Below are positions 12,413 through 26,530 of a stretch of DNA of 64,000 nucleotides, piece by piece. A program made the translations under genes and the position numbers. Position 1 is the first letter of the stretch, and every line of letters starts with the position of its first letter. The notes under the pieces were generated by a model. The model made no database searches and was not told where the DNA came from. It saw only the letters and a program-made list of their open reading frames with translations. This stretch comes from Mobula hypostoma (lineage: Eukaryota): assembly GCF_963921235.1 (NCBI RefSeq), contig NC_086097.1:53694001-53758000 (forward strand). The letters are read 5' to 3'.

Positions 12413-14109
12413 ATTAACAAGAAATAACACTAGAGATGGTTTGGAGCCTTGGCCAAGTCTGGAATCAATAAGTGCCAAGCTGAAAAAATCAAGATGGCGG
12501 TGTATGCAACATCTCCTCACAGCCAGCTAATGTAACTCCCGAACAAAACTAACAACAGTGATGACTGGTATGTCATATAAGGTCGAATTTGTGAGACTCC
12601 CACACTATAATGGGTCTGAAAACCTTACAGACTAAAGTAAACCAATATATCAACACAACACTGAAGCATCAGCTCCAGTGGCATTAAGAGCATTGAGTAG
12701 CAGTAAACCTTCGTTCAAAGTATATGATAAGGATAAAACAGGATTAAATTAGGACTTTAATGTACAATGATTTAATGCTTTATAACAAAATGTGATCAAG
12801 GCCCAATGTCAAAGAATCATTTCCTGCAGATTGTTGTCACTTATCTCTTGATGATTTATGTTTAAATCTATTGCAATTACAATAAATAATTAGGGTATGT
12901 CATCAAAAGCATTGTTACTAGGAAACCAGATAAGATCATATCTCTACGACAGCGTGAATTGTCATTAGCAGTACTGATAATTTCTTGTGGTATGTAACTT
13001 ATTATTAATTTGATCCACTCATAAACAGGCGTTTCCCATGCCTCTGTGGCATTTCATGCAAAGAGATCAAAACACGTAAGTACAGGGCTCTTGGATTATG
13101 AAAAACTTTGACTATGGAAATACTACTTTACACAAATTCTCCCAAACATTTTTGAAGCTAGCAATAAGAATGATAAAATAGTATTTATTAATGACTGGAT
13201 ACAGTCTATATTCCATTTGTTTAATAATGTGAGAAATAGGGTGATTAGTCACTGAAATGTAAGAACTATAGAAGCTGTATGTGGACTGATGTGTTATGGG
13301 TTATTGTAGAAAATGGACCTTTCTGACTTACAAAGAAATTGGCATATGACAGTTCTCAGGAACAGAACTCTTATATACCCCAAGGGACTGCTTGTACATT
13401 AATTTGTTACTAATTGGTATACTTGCTGAAACAGCTAATGGAGAGGGTAAGGTGGTCAGGGTACAACTTTACCAGCTACCTGCATTGGTAATTAATGGGT
13501 CAAATTTCACTGACCAGATGCCTTTGGTTCCTGTCCACCCACTGTGTTTGTGCTTATCAGATCTGGATGAAGCAAACATGCAGAATTCACCTAACTACAC
13601 AGTATGTCTCTGCCATAACAAATGAATTTTACTTTGGTCTTGATGTACTAAAAAAATAGTTTTGCTTAGCTCTAACATCTCTGGATTCCTAGCAAAAATA
13701 ACCATGGAATTAGCCAAAAATATGTTTGAAAGTGACCTGAGTGGGTTACAATTAAAATGTGCTCTGTGGGGACCTGTGTGGTTCCAGAGGGCACCACAGG
13801 AAATGGAACACAGCTACTGATGATTTCTGAGAAGGGAATGAGTTCCTCAGGGTACAGTCCTCATGGCTGCAGCACGCAGTAGCATGATGCATAGTTGATG
13901 CCAAAGAGGAGAAAGAAGCTGAAGAAGAAAGGGAGAGTGTCACTTAAATTGTAAAATAAATTATTCCCTCTAAGGAGATGAATACCAGTAGGGAATTTCT
14001 TTGTGTCAGAGGTCACTGGTATCAGTCAGTGTTGGGGCCGTGAGCCTCTAGATCCAATAAGAGTCTGACAGAACGTGTCTTCTCCATGTTGAAGAATCTA
14101 CACTCACAA

Positions 14110-14400
14110 TAAACTTGGAGAAGTAAAAGTAAGGGTAGGCCATTAGTCTCCTTGTGCCTGCTCTGCCATTCATTAAGTTAAGGGCTGATTTTTTTACCTC
14201 AATATCACTTTCCTCAATTAACCACGTATCCTGAACATCGACAAATCTTTGGTATTGAATAAACTCAGTGACTGAACTTCCACAGCCATCCTGGATATGA
14301 ATTCCAAAGACGTTCTATCTTCCGAGTCAATAAAAAGTTTCTCTCTTTAATCCTGAGTGCCTTACCCCTTACCTTGAGTTTATGATGACTGATCCAAAGT
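14110..14400 (-). mobile_element. Decayed CR1 3' end
   Basis: Similar to the CR1 3' UTR at 35840-36130 (gtaggccattag, ctctgccattca, ccacagcc, gaattcca). Confidence 0.55.
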
Positions 14401-17269
14401 GCTCTTGACACACAAACATTGTGTCTGTCATGCAGTGGTTGTTATTTATCCAAATGTTTATAGGGTAAAAGATTAAAACTTAGTTCATAATTCACCACAT
14501 CTTCAACAGCCTTCAAGAGCTCTCCATTACCTACCACAGTAGTTTTCACCATCTCCCCTGACCGGGTGCTTATCTGCTCTAATCTCCCTGCAGGTCACTC
14601 TCCCAGCTCACGCTGTGCTCCCTTTTACACCCTCTCTTGTTCAGTTCCATTGTTAATCTTAAAAAAAATCACTACATTTTAAAATATTCTTTCAATATGC
14701 ACTTTAGACTTCTTCCACTTATTTCACAAAGAAAAGGAATAAAGATGCAAGTCTATCAAAGTTGTATGGCGAAGTTTGAAAGCCAGATTAGGAACAAACA
14801 TTACAAGTATGTTTTGTTGGAGTGCCTCATCACATGTACATACTGTGGCTTGATCTGACTCTGTATAAGTGTTGGGGCAGCAGCTGTCTATTGCTTTATC
14901 ATACTGTTAGGGAGTATTCTGGAAATATATGAATATGGCAGATGTTACTTCAGGTGAGAACTAGACCTCAGTTCTTAATGTTGCTTATAAATTGCAAGCA
15001 GTAAATTGAAGTTAAAATCTTGCCTTTACACTGTCAGAGGAGCACAGGTTGCCCACAGACTAAGAGATATGGTTTGTAAAATGGCAACCATAAGGCATTC
15101 ACATATACCTCAGCCAATCGTTGAGACAATGGGGTTATGTTAATTGACTTGCTTCAAACCAGGCAACATGACTAAGTTATGTGACTGAGTTCAAGCTGGC
15201 AGACCTGGCTGCTGTTGTCACTTAGCATATCAAACATGGTCACAGGTATAGCTGCAATCAATAGCTGATTTATTGTGTACTCTGACATCTATCTCTCTGT
15301 CTTCAGAAGTGTTTAAGAACATCTGTGTCAATTAGTTTGTCTCAGCAGAGACGTTTTAACATTCTGGGGTGTCTCCTACTGTAGATATGAAATTCAAAGG
15401 AACATTGTCAACCCAAAACACTGAAGTACACAATGTCATTGTAACAGCTGGGACTGTATTGAATCATCAACTGTTACCTTTGTTTTCAGGGTATAAAAAT
15501 GTGACATTCCTTTGGGTTTGTGAGCCTCTATAGTGTACGTCTCCACAAGAATGTCTGTTCATTGTGATGAATATAGACTTCCATATCCACGACTCCAGCA
15601 TCTCTCTGGTGACTTAGTTCACAGTCACAACAATACTGACACCTTAACTTTTAAGGACAAGGAGATGTGGTTAAAATCCTCTGTAAAAACAAACACATCA
15701 ATCTATTAGAAATTAGAATGCTTTAATAAATCACTGGGAGGGTATAACTCTGTCTTGATAATATTCTCTATAAATGAATATTGTCTAACCCAAGTAGATC
15801 AAGAACATGAAATGCTGTTTATAATTTTAACAGAACATGTTATCCGTACAGAATTTACACGCATCAATAGAAAACTTTGTCAAAACTGAATCATTGCAAA
15901 AATGAACATAAATACAATGCAATTTAAAAAATCATAAATGTAACTCATTTTGTAAATATTTTATTGAGATATGTTCATCGCATAAATCAAAAATTAATTC
16001 CATTGGGAATCAAATGCAATGAAAAGAATGCCTTTTATGTATCTCACTGAAACAATGAGTCTATTTAGTGTTGATCTACAGTAGACTTTTAATAATATAC
16101 TAATTGCACTTCTGGAGCTTACAACATTCCTGTAGCCAATCAAAAATTTCAACGAGCAGAGTTTTGTAATTTCTATGCACCTCTTTAGACTCCTGTACGT
16201 ACAATAAATCCATCCTAATACATGGGTAAAATGACTATGAAAAGATGAAATGAACAAGAAGATTCAGGCCCAGGTACTTCCTCTTCAAAGCAATGTTACT
16301 GGTTTATAAAACTTTATGGTCTACAATGATCAGTGGATAAGAGTACCTTTGCCATGGCAAAATGTTTTAGGATAAGTTTCATCAATAAGGTATAATAATG
16401 AATTCTCAGTTTTCAAAATTCAATGCAAAGTAAAGCCTGTCTTTTCTAAAGCCAGTAGCAGCCATTTATGAAGAACATTTATCAGGTCATGAAAGGGAAG
16501 GCTCTACGCACTATCCAGTTTTAGTACTTTCTCAGGATGTTCTGATGTCAATGTCATATGACTTGCATATGCTTTCGGAATCTTTTTCAAAGTACCCTAT
16601 GTAGAAAATCTTTCTTTCCATGGGATCAGTGTAACGGCCAGTTGGAAGTCCGATATCTCTGTGAGGCGTATAAACCCATGTTCTGCAGACTCCTGTTCTA
16701 TAGGCCATATGATGCTCTATTTAGGGTACGATCACTCTTAGGAAAGCTTCTTAACTGAAGTCAAAGTAGAGGTGATTCACATCTGTGATTTGTAGACTTT
16801 ATATAAACAGGTAAAATCCCAACTGATCCAGATTCGCAGCTTTCCTCAGAATTATTAAGTTATAAAAATGCGACCTAATTTTCATCAAGAATAACAAACT
16901 CCAATTAATCAAACTAGTACAACTTGTATAGATGATCTGGATCAGCATGGATATATATTTTCATACCTGACAGACTTTAGTTTTAACCTCAAATTAAATC
17001 TTTCTGTGTTTCTTCTGAGAAAAGTCGCTTTAATATCTGAGCTACCAGGTCAGGCATTAAAATAATGCTGATATATCAAACATCATTGGCTTGAATTTGC
17101 AAATATTCTTGATTTCATGATCCAATGGAAAGAGGAGGAATGTTGGCACTTCTTTTCAAGGCTACTGTGTGCAGTGGAACAAGCCAAGTCTCACTCAGAA
17201 AGAAACAGGTTGCATCTTGCTGCACCAAATGAACAGGTTAATCAGCATTAATGAACACTTGTTGTGTTA

Positions 17270-18230
17270 GATAGATAGATAGATAAATAGATATACTTTA
17301 TTGATCCCGAGGGAAATTGGGTTTCGTTACAGCTGCACCAACCAAGAATAGAGCATCAATATAGCAATATAAAAACCATAAACAATCAAACAACAAAATG
17401 CTAACTATGCCAGATGGAAATAAGTCCAGGACCAGCCTATTGGCTCAGAATGACTGACCCTCCACAGGAGGAGCTGCAAGTTCGACGGCCACAGGCAGGA
17501 ACGACCTCCCGTGCCGCCCAGTATTGTATCTCGGTGGAATATGGCCGAAGTCCAACAGCAAAAGTTCAATATCCGGTCTACAAACACATTCCTCGATCAT
17601 AATATGACCCAGATTGCACCATCTGTTGTTAACCAGAACAGTAAGCACCCAACTCCTTTACGCTTACCGCTCTCAGTGCACTTCCGGTCAGCCCGAACGG
17701 TCTGGAAGCCGTCCATGGGGAAGTTTTGATCAGGTATGTCCTTGTGCAGCCCCGATCCAGTGAAACACATAATACTGCACTCCTGAAATGTTCTCTGATG
17801 CCTGACTAGCGCCGTAAACTTGTCCATTTTATTACCCACCGAACTCCTCTTCTCCATAAGTCTCTGTTGTCTCGACCCGGTCCTCTTTCCTCGACTTTGT
17901 GATCCCCCTCTGCATCCTCTGTGTTTTCCTCCAGATTTCAGCAGGAGTGTCGCCGCTCTGCTTGCTAAACCGTCCGGCATAAGCGCAATCAGCTGGTCCC
18001 TGGAATACACAATGCTACCATGCTTCTGTCCCGCTAATGAGATGAGTCGGAATGTAACTATTTCCAGCGCTAAAAACCCAGATAAAACTCTCTCTACCAG
18101 CATGTTAGAGAGGGTGCAGCTTCGACGTGTTACCGTGAAAAAAAAATACAAAAAGTAACGTAAGTTAAAAAGTAAGAATACTGGTCGGAACGGCTGTAAC
18201 AGGCTGCATGCACGACCGGCGCATGCGCAC
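17270..18230 (-). mobile_element. Internally deleted Rex1/Babar-type LINE (5' region and APE N-terminus fused to the ORF2 C-terminus and 3' tail)
   Basis: NKMDKF..QRTFQECSIMCFT..IPD..DGFQTVRADR..SGKRKG (APE endonuclease) joins IPPRYNTGRHGRSFLPVAV near 17540; tail caataaagta(tcta)n. Confidence 0.8.
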
Positions 18231-18329
18231 TAGAAAACCATTGCAAGTTTTGTGACTGTCACAATACTTCGTCCTTGACTGTCAGAGCAGAACTGAAGGG
18301 CCAGCATGAGGGAATTAAGTAGACCATTT

Positions 18330-18530
18330 ACAATGAGAAGCTGCTATCTGGAATGAGCTGCCAGTAGTGGAGACAGGAATAGTAATGATATTGAAGAGCT
18401 GGCTTGAGATGTACTTGAATGAGTAGGGAAAGGAAGGACATGAGATAAATGTAGTTAAGTGTGGTTAGTATAGCTAGGCATCGACTTGGAGGACCAAAGA
18501 GCCTATTTCTATGTGGCACAATTTTATTAC
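18330..18530 (+). mobile_element. CR1 3' end remnant
   Basis: atctggaatgagctgccag...ggaccaaagagcctatttctatgtg. Confidence 0.55.
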
Positions 18531-21249
18531 ACTATAAAGGGATTTTATACCTACTGAAAGATATTTTGTAGAAAAACTGACCATTGGACCCAATAGTATA
18601 TGCTCCCCTAATACACAGAAAGTCCATATTTCATCATGCTAATGATCAATTCCTGGTTGAGTAATAACCACTGGGAAATTGGCCCAGCCACATCTGGGGT
18701 GACTTATCTTGGTGCAGCTGGCACTTACCCAACAGCAGTCATACAATAAATGACATCACAGTTTGCAGAGCTACTGCTAGGAGAAATTGGAATTTTTGGG
18801 GAAAACCATCTTTGCCGTTCACGGACAAAAATCATACATCTTGGTCAGATTTGTCAAGAGATGACAATTAAAAAGCCTGCATTGTCACATCAATGTTTTG
18901 TATAAAGATCTCCCAGCCTAACTATTCAATCACCAGCATTATCATAGATAGCTCCCCGGTTCTACCGGCACTGATCCCAGTCCTTTTTAACAACTCATGC
19001 TGAACTACACACTGCCTAGCCCCTTGACCATATTGCACCTTTGCTGTGACATGTAGCCACTCACGGAACAGGAATTGATCGGGCTAATTACTCCAAGGAG
19101 CACAGACATATGAGAGAGAGCCACATAACTCCTTGCGTTGCATTTTCCCTCACTTCCATGAGGGTCTTCCCCTTCGCTGCTCTGTGGTTGCTACATCTTC
19201 AACTACACTCAGATGCGAGATTGAAACTTTACATCCAGGTTGAGAGGGAACTGCAGAGATGATGCTTAATGTATGAGTCTTTGTAGTAAGTGCCCCAAAA
19301 CTATTTTCAAAGTATTTTTGCTCAATTTAGCAGGTATTTTCTAGAGATCAGAGTGAGTGTTTCAATATGTATTGCACTTGCTTAGCACACTAAAGAAGGG
19401 CTAACATCGAACTTCTAAACAGGTTTAAACTCAGTTATCTTTCAATATTCTTTAATTGGGTACAATTTTACATACTTCTAAACAATAAGAACTATATAAT
19501 ATTAATAATATTGATGCAGTTAATTCCTTACTAAGAACTTTTTCATTCTTGTCTCCTTAAAAAGAGAAACAGTTTAACTTTTCTTAACTGACCAAATTCA
19601 TGGGATATTGCAACTGCACTTTTCAGTGGATGGGGAAACTTGAAAAATTCTGGGAAATTTTACCAATGATTGTAAATAAGTGTACATAAAATATTTTCAG
19701 AACACTGTCATTTGCAGGTGCTAGAGGGATTTCTTCAGACGATGTTTGGAATATTTTTGTAAGTAAGGAAAGATTATTAACTGCTGGTGTGAGCCCTTTG
19801 TACTGCTACCAGCTATTAGTTGTTGGCTCAAGCCCAAGAACGTCCACTTTGCAGTGGATTCTGCCACCAAGGGAAAGGTCATTAAGGGCTACTCTTTATT
19901 CCTGTTAGTACGTTCCAGTATAATTAGCAGAAGTTGTTCTCCAGATGGTTTCCTTCCTGTCAGCAAGTACCTATGGTTTAATGATCTGTCTTGGATTCCT
20001 TCTTTCATTGGGTGAGGTTCAGACCAAAATTATATACTTTGATCCACCCTTTGCTAATTCTTTCTTAAGAATTCATGAGATTGTGGGAATTAATATAGGA
20101 AGAGAAGTAGACTGCACAGCTCACTTTGCAACCCGCACTTCTGGCATAAAATAATTCCATGAATTTTTTTTTTGCATCTTTTGACCAAGTACTGATTACA
20201 AATTTTAATCATGATGGCAGGAAAGATTTTTCAAATCTACTTTTTTTTTTCTTGCACTCATTACTTCTCTTAAGCAAAATGTTAACCCTTAATGATCAAA
20301 GTGTTTATAAAATCAGTAAACATCTGTGCATTTATGATCCATTTTAAATTTTACGAACTTCTTTTAACATAGCTTTTCATTTTGTGCTAACAATGCCACA
20401 AATATGTTAATATATTGGTCTAATTTAAGAAGAATTATTTCTGCATTTATCATTTTCAAACAGGAGGGAGAAGGTAAAGTAATTCTCAATAGTAGTAAAA
20501 GGACAATGGCAATTTAAAAGGAAGTATTATCTATTGCTATGAAAGGCTAATATTAAATGGATAAACTTTTCAAAATGAAGAGCAGGAAATTACATTACAT
20601 TAGATGACTCCAGTAGAAAAGCAAGTAGCCAATTTTGTGCCGAACATTCTTATTCTGGAAAATGTTATTTTCTCTTGAAATACAGATGTTTTCAGTTTTT
20701 AGAAGTATTCCTTTATTTATTTTGGGCCTGATAATATCCTGCTTTTGCCCAGTTCCAAATAAATGCCCAAAGCCCCCATCCTTCACTGTGGCCAAGGCAC
20801 AGAGTGGGTCCCAAATGCAAACGATGAGTGCACACATGGAGCCAGGAATCTGTGTGTGAGCCATACACTTGCATCGTTAAGCACTCTTACGTTAACTGAC
20901 TTGCTGTCCCATAATATAACCAAATGGTTGAAGCATTTTGTCCATTTGGAATTGGTCCTCAAAAGACAGCCAGTATTAAAGTGGAAAGTAAAATTGGTAA
21001 CATTTTCTCTTTGCCCTCTTGCCTCTGAGCACTTCCCATCTGATTCACATTCAGTAACCACTTTATTTAGGTACCTCCTGTACCTAATAATGTGGCCTTT
21101 GAGGGTTTGTCTGTGGTCTTCTGCTGCTGTAGCCCATCTTCCCCAAGGTTCAATGTCACCTTCAGCACACCACTGTTGTAACGTTCAGTTATTTGAGTTA
21201 CTGTCGCCTTCCTAACAGCTTGAACCAATCTCGCCATTCTTCACTCTCA

Positions 21250-21895
21250 GGGTCTCACGACTGGCCGTTATTCGATATGCCAAGGACGTGGCCTAGAAGC
21301 CTAGTGCGCCTTCAGGGTTCCGGGATTTCTTGGCTCTGGAGGAGGTTGGACTCGAGGTCGGTGCCACCACAGGAAACTGGTATGTCGTGGGAGATGGAAG
21401 ATCGAAAGCAGTGAGCTGGCTGCTGGCTGTGTGCCCAGAGACTCAAGTTCTTTGGGCACAGAGCTTGGAAGAAGCAATGCAACAGATTTTTAACACCATA
21501 AATCAGCGAGTTGTTTTGTTATGTCTCCCCGCTCGCTGTGAAACAGGGACATCTCTTTTTCCCTTATTAGGAAGAGAGAGAGAGAGAGCCTGTGGTACGT
21601 CAGATCACCAGGTGAATGAGCAGTCTTTGCAGTACTGCAAGTCTGTGTTGTTACTGAAGCTTTGCTGCATGCTTGAGTACTCGGTAGGAGGTACCAATGC
21701 GCTGAGGTGCGGGAGCTTTGCTGCTGCTTATGTGTGGGTGGGGGGAGCTGAGGTAGGACTTTGGGTTCTAACATTTAATTGTCATTCATTCTTTGGGGTG
21801 CTCCTCTGTTTTCATAGATGTTTGCAAAGAAAAAGAATTTCAGGATGTATATTGTATACATTCCTCTGACATTAAATGTACCTTTGAAACTTTGA
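21250..21895 (+). mobile_element. Non-coding retroposon of about 640 bp with a Rex-like tail, inserted in the Tc1 derivative
   Basis: Host sequence ...ctctca|aacaaggtg... is nearly contiguous in the other copies; tail attaaatgtacctttgaaactttg. Confidence 0.6.
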
Positions 21896-22038
21896 ACAAG
21901 GTGCTTTCGCCCACAGAACTGCACTCAATTGATTTTTTTTTTTTGCATCATTCTCTATACACTCTGGAGACTGTTGTGTGTGAAAATCCCAGGAAATCAG
22001 CAGTTTCTGAGATACTCAAATCACCTCATCTGGCACCA

Positions 22039-22115
22039 ACAGTCACAGTCACAGTCACAGTCACAGTCACAGTCACAGTCACAGTCACAGTCACAGTCAC
22101 AGTCACAGTCACAGT
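22039..22115 (+). repeat. (ACAGTC)n hexanucleotide microsatellite, about 13 units
   Basis: Perfect tandem array read directly; it explains the VT, QS and CD repeat ORFs. Confidence 0.98.
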
Positions 22116-24967
22116 ATATTTCTTCCCCCATTCTGATGTTTGGTCTGAGCAACAATGTCTGCATGCTTTTATGCATTGAGTTGCCGCCACATGATTGGCT
22201 AACAGATATCTGCATAATCAAGTGGGTGTGCAGGTGCACTTAACAAAGTGGTCATTGAATGTTTATCCTATTCTCATTACTGAGTGGTGTCCCTGAAAAA
22301 AGTTGAAAATCCCAGTGAAGAGCAGACAAGCAAGCATTTTGTTATAAATCACAGTGGAATTGTACACCTCAATGACTATTCCCCTTGACCCACTGTACTT
22401 TGCAATGACATGTAGTCACTCATGGAACAGGAGCTGATAGGGCCAATTAATTAAGGACAGCAAGATACTGGTGCTCAATTATGGTGAATTCCAGTAAATA
22501 ATGCAGGTGCATGATCTCAAGCCTAAATGTCAACTCCAGTAGAAAGTAATATTGTATTCTGCCTAAAAAATTAAGCTGTATTTTCTTAAACAAAACTTCC
22601 TCTCCTTTATCCTCTTCTCCTGACTTCTAATGTACCTATCACCTTCTTATGGAATTAATATTAAGGCTGCAGCCAAAGGCCATCTAGGGAGATATATTTA
22701 ATGTTTCACCTGTATTTTTTTCTGAAGTCTTTTTTTTAAACAATTGGACCAGATTTCCTTCAATCAGAGACAGATTTCCTCTAAATGGTTAATTTCTGAT
22801 CATATATTTGTGGCCCGTAACCTAGACCTCATGCTGCTTGTTTGCAGTGTAATCCATATCGGAAGATGTACACCCGTTGCCCATAGAATGCCTGAAAGAC
22901 ATCCAATCCAATATAGAGTTAGAACATTTCTCAAATATCAGTAATGGTCAAATGAAACAGGTGTTGGGCACTTTGGCTGTGCCACGCTCCACAGACCTGC
23001 TGGTATAAACTGCAGGATATTCTCTTTAAAGAAAGGTGACATGGACAGAAGTATTATTCCACATCAGTACTGGTTACTGCAAAAGCTGTGATCACCCTAT
23101 CCCTTCCTCTCAGCCTCAGTAAACTACGTGAATGCAAGTAGATCGAATGGAGTATACTGTATGTTTCCCCTGACTTCATGAATACCTGGGTATGATGTGG
23201 CTAAAAACCCCAGGCCTTACTGAGTACATCCTTAGACTTTGTGGAAGGCTAGAGAAGAAATTGCAGAGTCCCTTGCAGAGATATTTGCTTCATCATTTGC
23301 TTCATCACTGGGGAAGTTCTTGAAAAGCAGAAGGTGGCTGATGAAGTTCAGTTTTTTAACAAAGGTAGAAAGAACAAACTAGGAAACTACAGGTTAGTCA
23401 GCCTGGAATCAGCAAAGGGGAAGTTACGGGAGGGAATTCTGAGGGATAGAATCCACCAGCGTTTAGATCATTAGAGTTTGATTAGGAAGAGTCAGCACGG
23501 CTTTGTGCATGGAAAGTCACGACAAGAAAAAGATGAGGTCAGGGCAGTAGATGTTGTCTATTTGGACTTTAGAAAGGCCTTCAACAAGGGTCCCACAATG
23601 GTAGGCTGATCTAGAAGGTTAGATCCCATGGAACCCAGAGTGTGCTAGAAAGGTGGATTGGAGGTAGAAAGCAGAGGGTGTTTGTTGAGGGCTCTTTCTC
23701 AGAATAGAGATGAGTACCAAATGCTTTGCTGCTGGAATTGGTGTTGGGACCCTTGTATTCATAATACATGCATGGAACTGAAAGGGATAAGGGAGATCTT
23801 AAATGAACTGTTTGCATCTGTATATACTCAGGAGACAAGGCTCAGAGTGTGAGGCAAAACAACAGTGAGTTCATGGACTATATACAGATCACAGAGGAGG
23901 AGGTGCTTGCTGTCTTGAGGCTAATTAGGGTGGATAAATTCCCAGGGGCTGACAGAATGTTCCTTCGGACATTGTGGGAGGCTAGTGCAGTAATTGCAGA
24001 GACCCTGGCAGAGGTATTTAAAATGTCCTTAGCCACGGGTGGGGTGCCAGAGGATTGGAGGATTACTAATACTGTTCCACTGCTTAAAAAAGGCTCTAAG
24101 AGTAAGCTAGGAAATTATATCCCGGTGAACCTGATATCATTAGTGGGTACATTATTGTAAATATTTCTAAGGGATAAGATATATAAGTATTTAAATAGAT
24201 AGGGACTCATTATGGATAATCATCGTGATTTTGTCCATGGTAGGTCATGTCTAACTAATCCTATAAAGTTTTTCGAGCAAGTTACAAGGAAAACTGATGA
24301 AGGAAAGGCAGTGGATGATGTCTATGTGGACATTAGAAAGGCCTACATGAAAGGTTAGTCAAGAAGGTTCAGGAAGAGGTAGCAAATTGGATTAGATATT
24401 AGCTTCACAGTAGAAGATAGAGTATGGTAGTAATAATTGCTTCTCTGACTGGTGGCCTGTGACTAGTGGAGTGCCACAGGGAACAGTGCTGAGTCCGTTA
24501 TTATTTGTCACCTATATCAATGATCTGGATATAATGTGGCAAACTGGATCAGCAAATTTGCAGATGACACCAAGATTGGGGGCATGGTGGGCAGCAAGGA
24601 AGGCTATCAAAGCTTGCAGTGTGATCTAGGCAAGCTGGAAAAATGGGCTGGAAAATGGCAAGTGGAATTTAATGCAGATAAGTGTGAAGTGTGCACTTTG
24701 GGAGGACAAACCAGGGAAGGACTTACACAACGAGTAATAGGATACTGTGAAGTGTGGTAGAACAAAGGGATTTGGGAATACAGTTCCATAATTTCCTGAA
24801 AGTGGCATCACAGGGAGATAGGGTTGTAAAGAGAGCTTTTAGCACATTGGTCTTCATAAATCCAAGTACTGAGTACAGGAATTAGGATGTTTTGTTGAAG
24901 TTGTACAGTGTAAGACATTGATGAGGCCTAATTTAGTGTATTGTGTGCAGTTCTTGTCACCTATGTA

Positions 24968-26383
24968 TTGTTCACTTAAGGGAGTAGAGATAGCCCAGGA
25001 AATTATAGACCAGTGAGTCTTACTACAGTGGTTGGTAAGTTAATGGAGAAGATCCTGAGAGGCAGGATTTATAAACATTTGGAGAGGCATAATATGATTA
25101 GGAATAGTCAGCATTGCCTTGTCAAAGGCAGGTCGTGCCTTATGAGCCTGATTGAATCTTTTGAGAATGTGACTAAATGCTTTGATGAAGGTAGAGCAGT
25201 AGATGTAGTGTATATGGATTTCAGCAAAGCATTTGATAAAGTACCCCATGCAAGGCTTACTGAGAAAGTAAGGAGGCATGGGATCCAAGTGGTCCTGTTA
25301 TGTGGATCCAGAAATGGTTTGCCCACAGAAGGCAAAGTGTAGTTGTAGACGGGTCATATTCTGCATGGAGGTTGGTGACCAGTGGTGTGTCTCAGGTATC
25401 TGTTCTGGGACCCCTTCTCTTCATGACTTTTATAAATGACCTGGATGAGGAAGTGGAGGGATGGGTTAGTAAGTTTGCTGATGACACAAAGGTTTGGGAT
25501 GTTGTCGATAGTGTGGAGAGTTTCCAGAGATTACAGAGGGACATTGATAGGATGCAAAATTGGGCTGAGAAGTGGCAGATGAAGTTCAACCCAGGTAAGT
25601 GTGAGGTTGTTCATTTTGGTAGGTCAAATATGATGGCAGAATATAATATTAATGGTAAGACTCTTGGCAGTGTGGAGGATCAGAGGGATCTTGGGGTCCG
25701 AGTCCATAGGACACTCAAAGCTGCTGCGCAGGTTGATCGTCTGATTAAGAAGGCATACAGTGTATTGGCCTTCAACAACCATGGGATTGAGTCTAAGAGA
25801 CGGGAGGTAATGTTACAGCTATATAGGACCCTGGTCAGACTCCACTTGGAGTACTGTGCTCAGTTCTGCTCACCTCACTACAGGAAGGATGTGGAAATTA
25901 TGGAAAGGGTGCAGATGGGATTTACAAGGATGTTGCCTGGATTGGGGAGCATGCCTTATGAGAATAGGTTGAGTGAGCTTGACCTTTTCTCCTTGGAGCG
26001 ATGGAGGATAAGAGGTGATCTGATAGAGGTATATAAGATGATGAGAGGCATTGATCGTCTGGATAGTCAAAGGCTTTTTCCCAGGGCTGAAATGACTAAC
26101 ATGAGAGGACACAGTTTTAAGGTGCTTGGAAATAGGTTCAGAGGAGATGTCAGGTGTAAGTTTTTTATGCAGAGAGTGGTGAGTGTGTGGAATGAGTGCT
26201 GGCGACAGTGGTGGAGGTGTATTCAATAGGGTCTTTTAAGAGGCTCGTGGATAGGTACATGGAGCTTAGAAAAACAGAGGGCTATGGGTAACCCTAGGTA
26301 ATTTCTAAAGTAAGGACATGTTCAGAACAGCATTGTGGGCTGAAAGGCCTGTATTGTGCTGTAAGTTTTCTATGTTTCTATGT
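24968..26383 (+). mobile_element. CR1 copy C (younger), inserted in copy B
   Basis: ORFs 25013-25342 and 25300-26229 (YMDFSKAFDKVPH, FINDLD, KFADDTK, LEYCAQF); tail (tatgtttc)n; ctatgta at both junctions. Confidence 0.92.
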
Positions 26384-26530
26384 AAGATATCAATAAGTTT
26401 GAAAGAGTGTAGGAAAAATTTACAAGCATGTTGCTGGGACTTGAGGACCTAAGTTATAGGGAACGGTTGAAATAGGTTAGGACTTTATTTCCTGAGGCAT
26501 AGCAGAATGAGGGGAGGCTTAGTAGAGGTA

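Larger units (their letters stand above)
21048..22261 (-). mobile_element. Tc1-derived deletion element (family 2), interrupted by an insertion
   Basis: TIRs cattcagtaaccactttatttaggtac / gtgcacttaacaaagtggtcattgaatg; body homologous to 32515-32981 and 61290-61760. Confidence 0.8.

Noticed and set aside
21793..22243. ORFs with VT, QS and CD dipeptide runs
   Set aside because: They are translations of the (ACAGTC)n microsatellite inside a transposon remnant.
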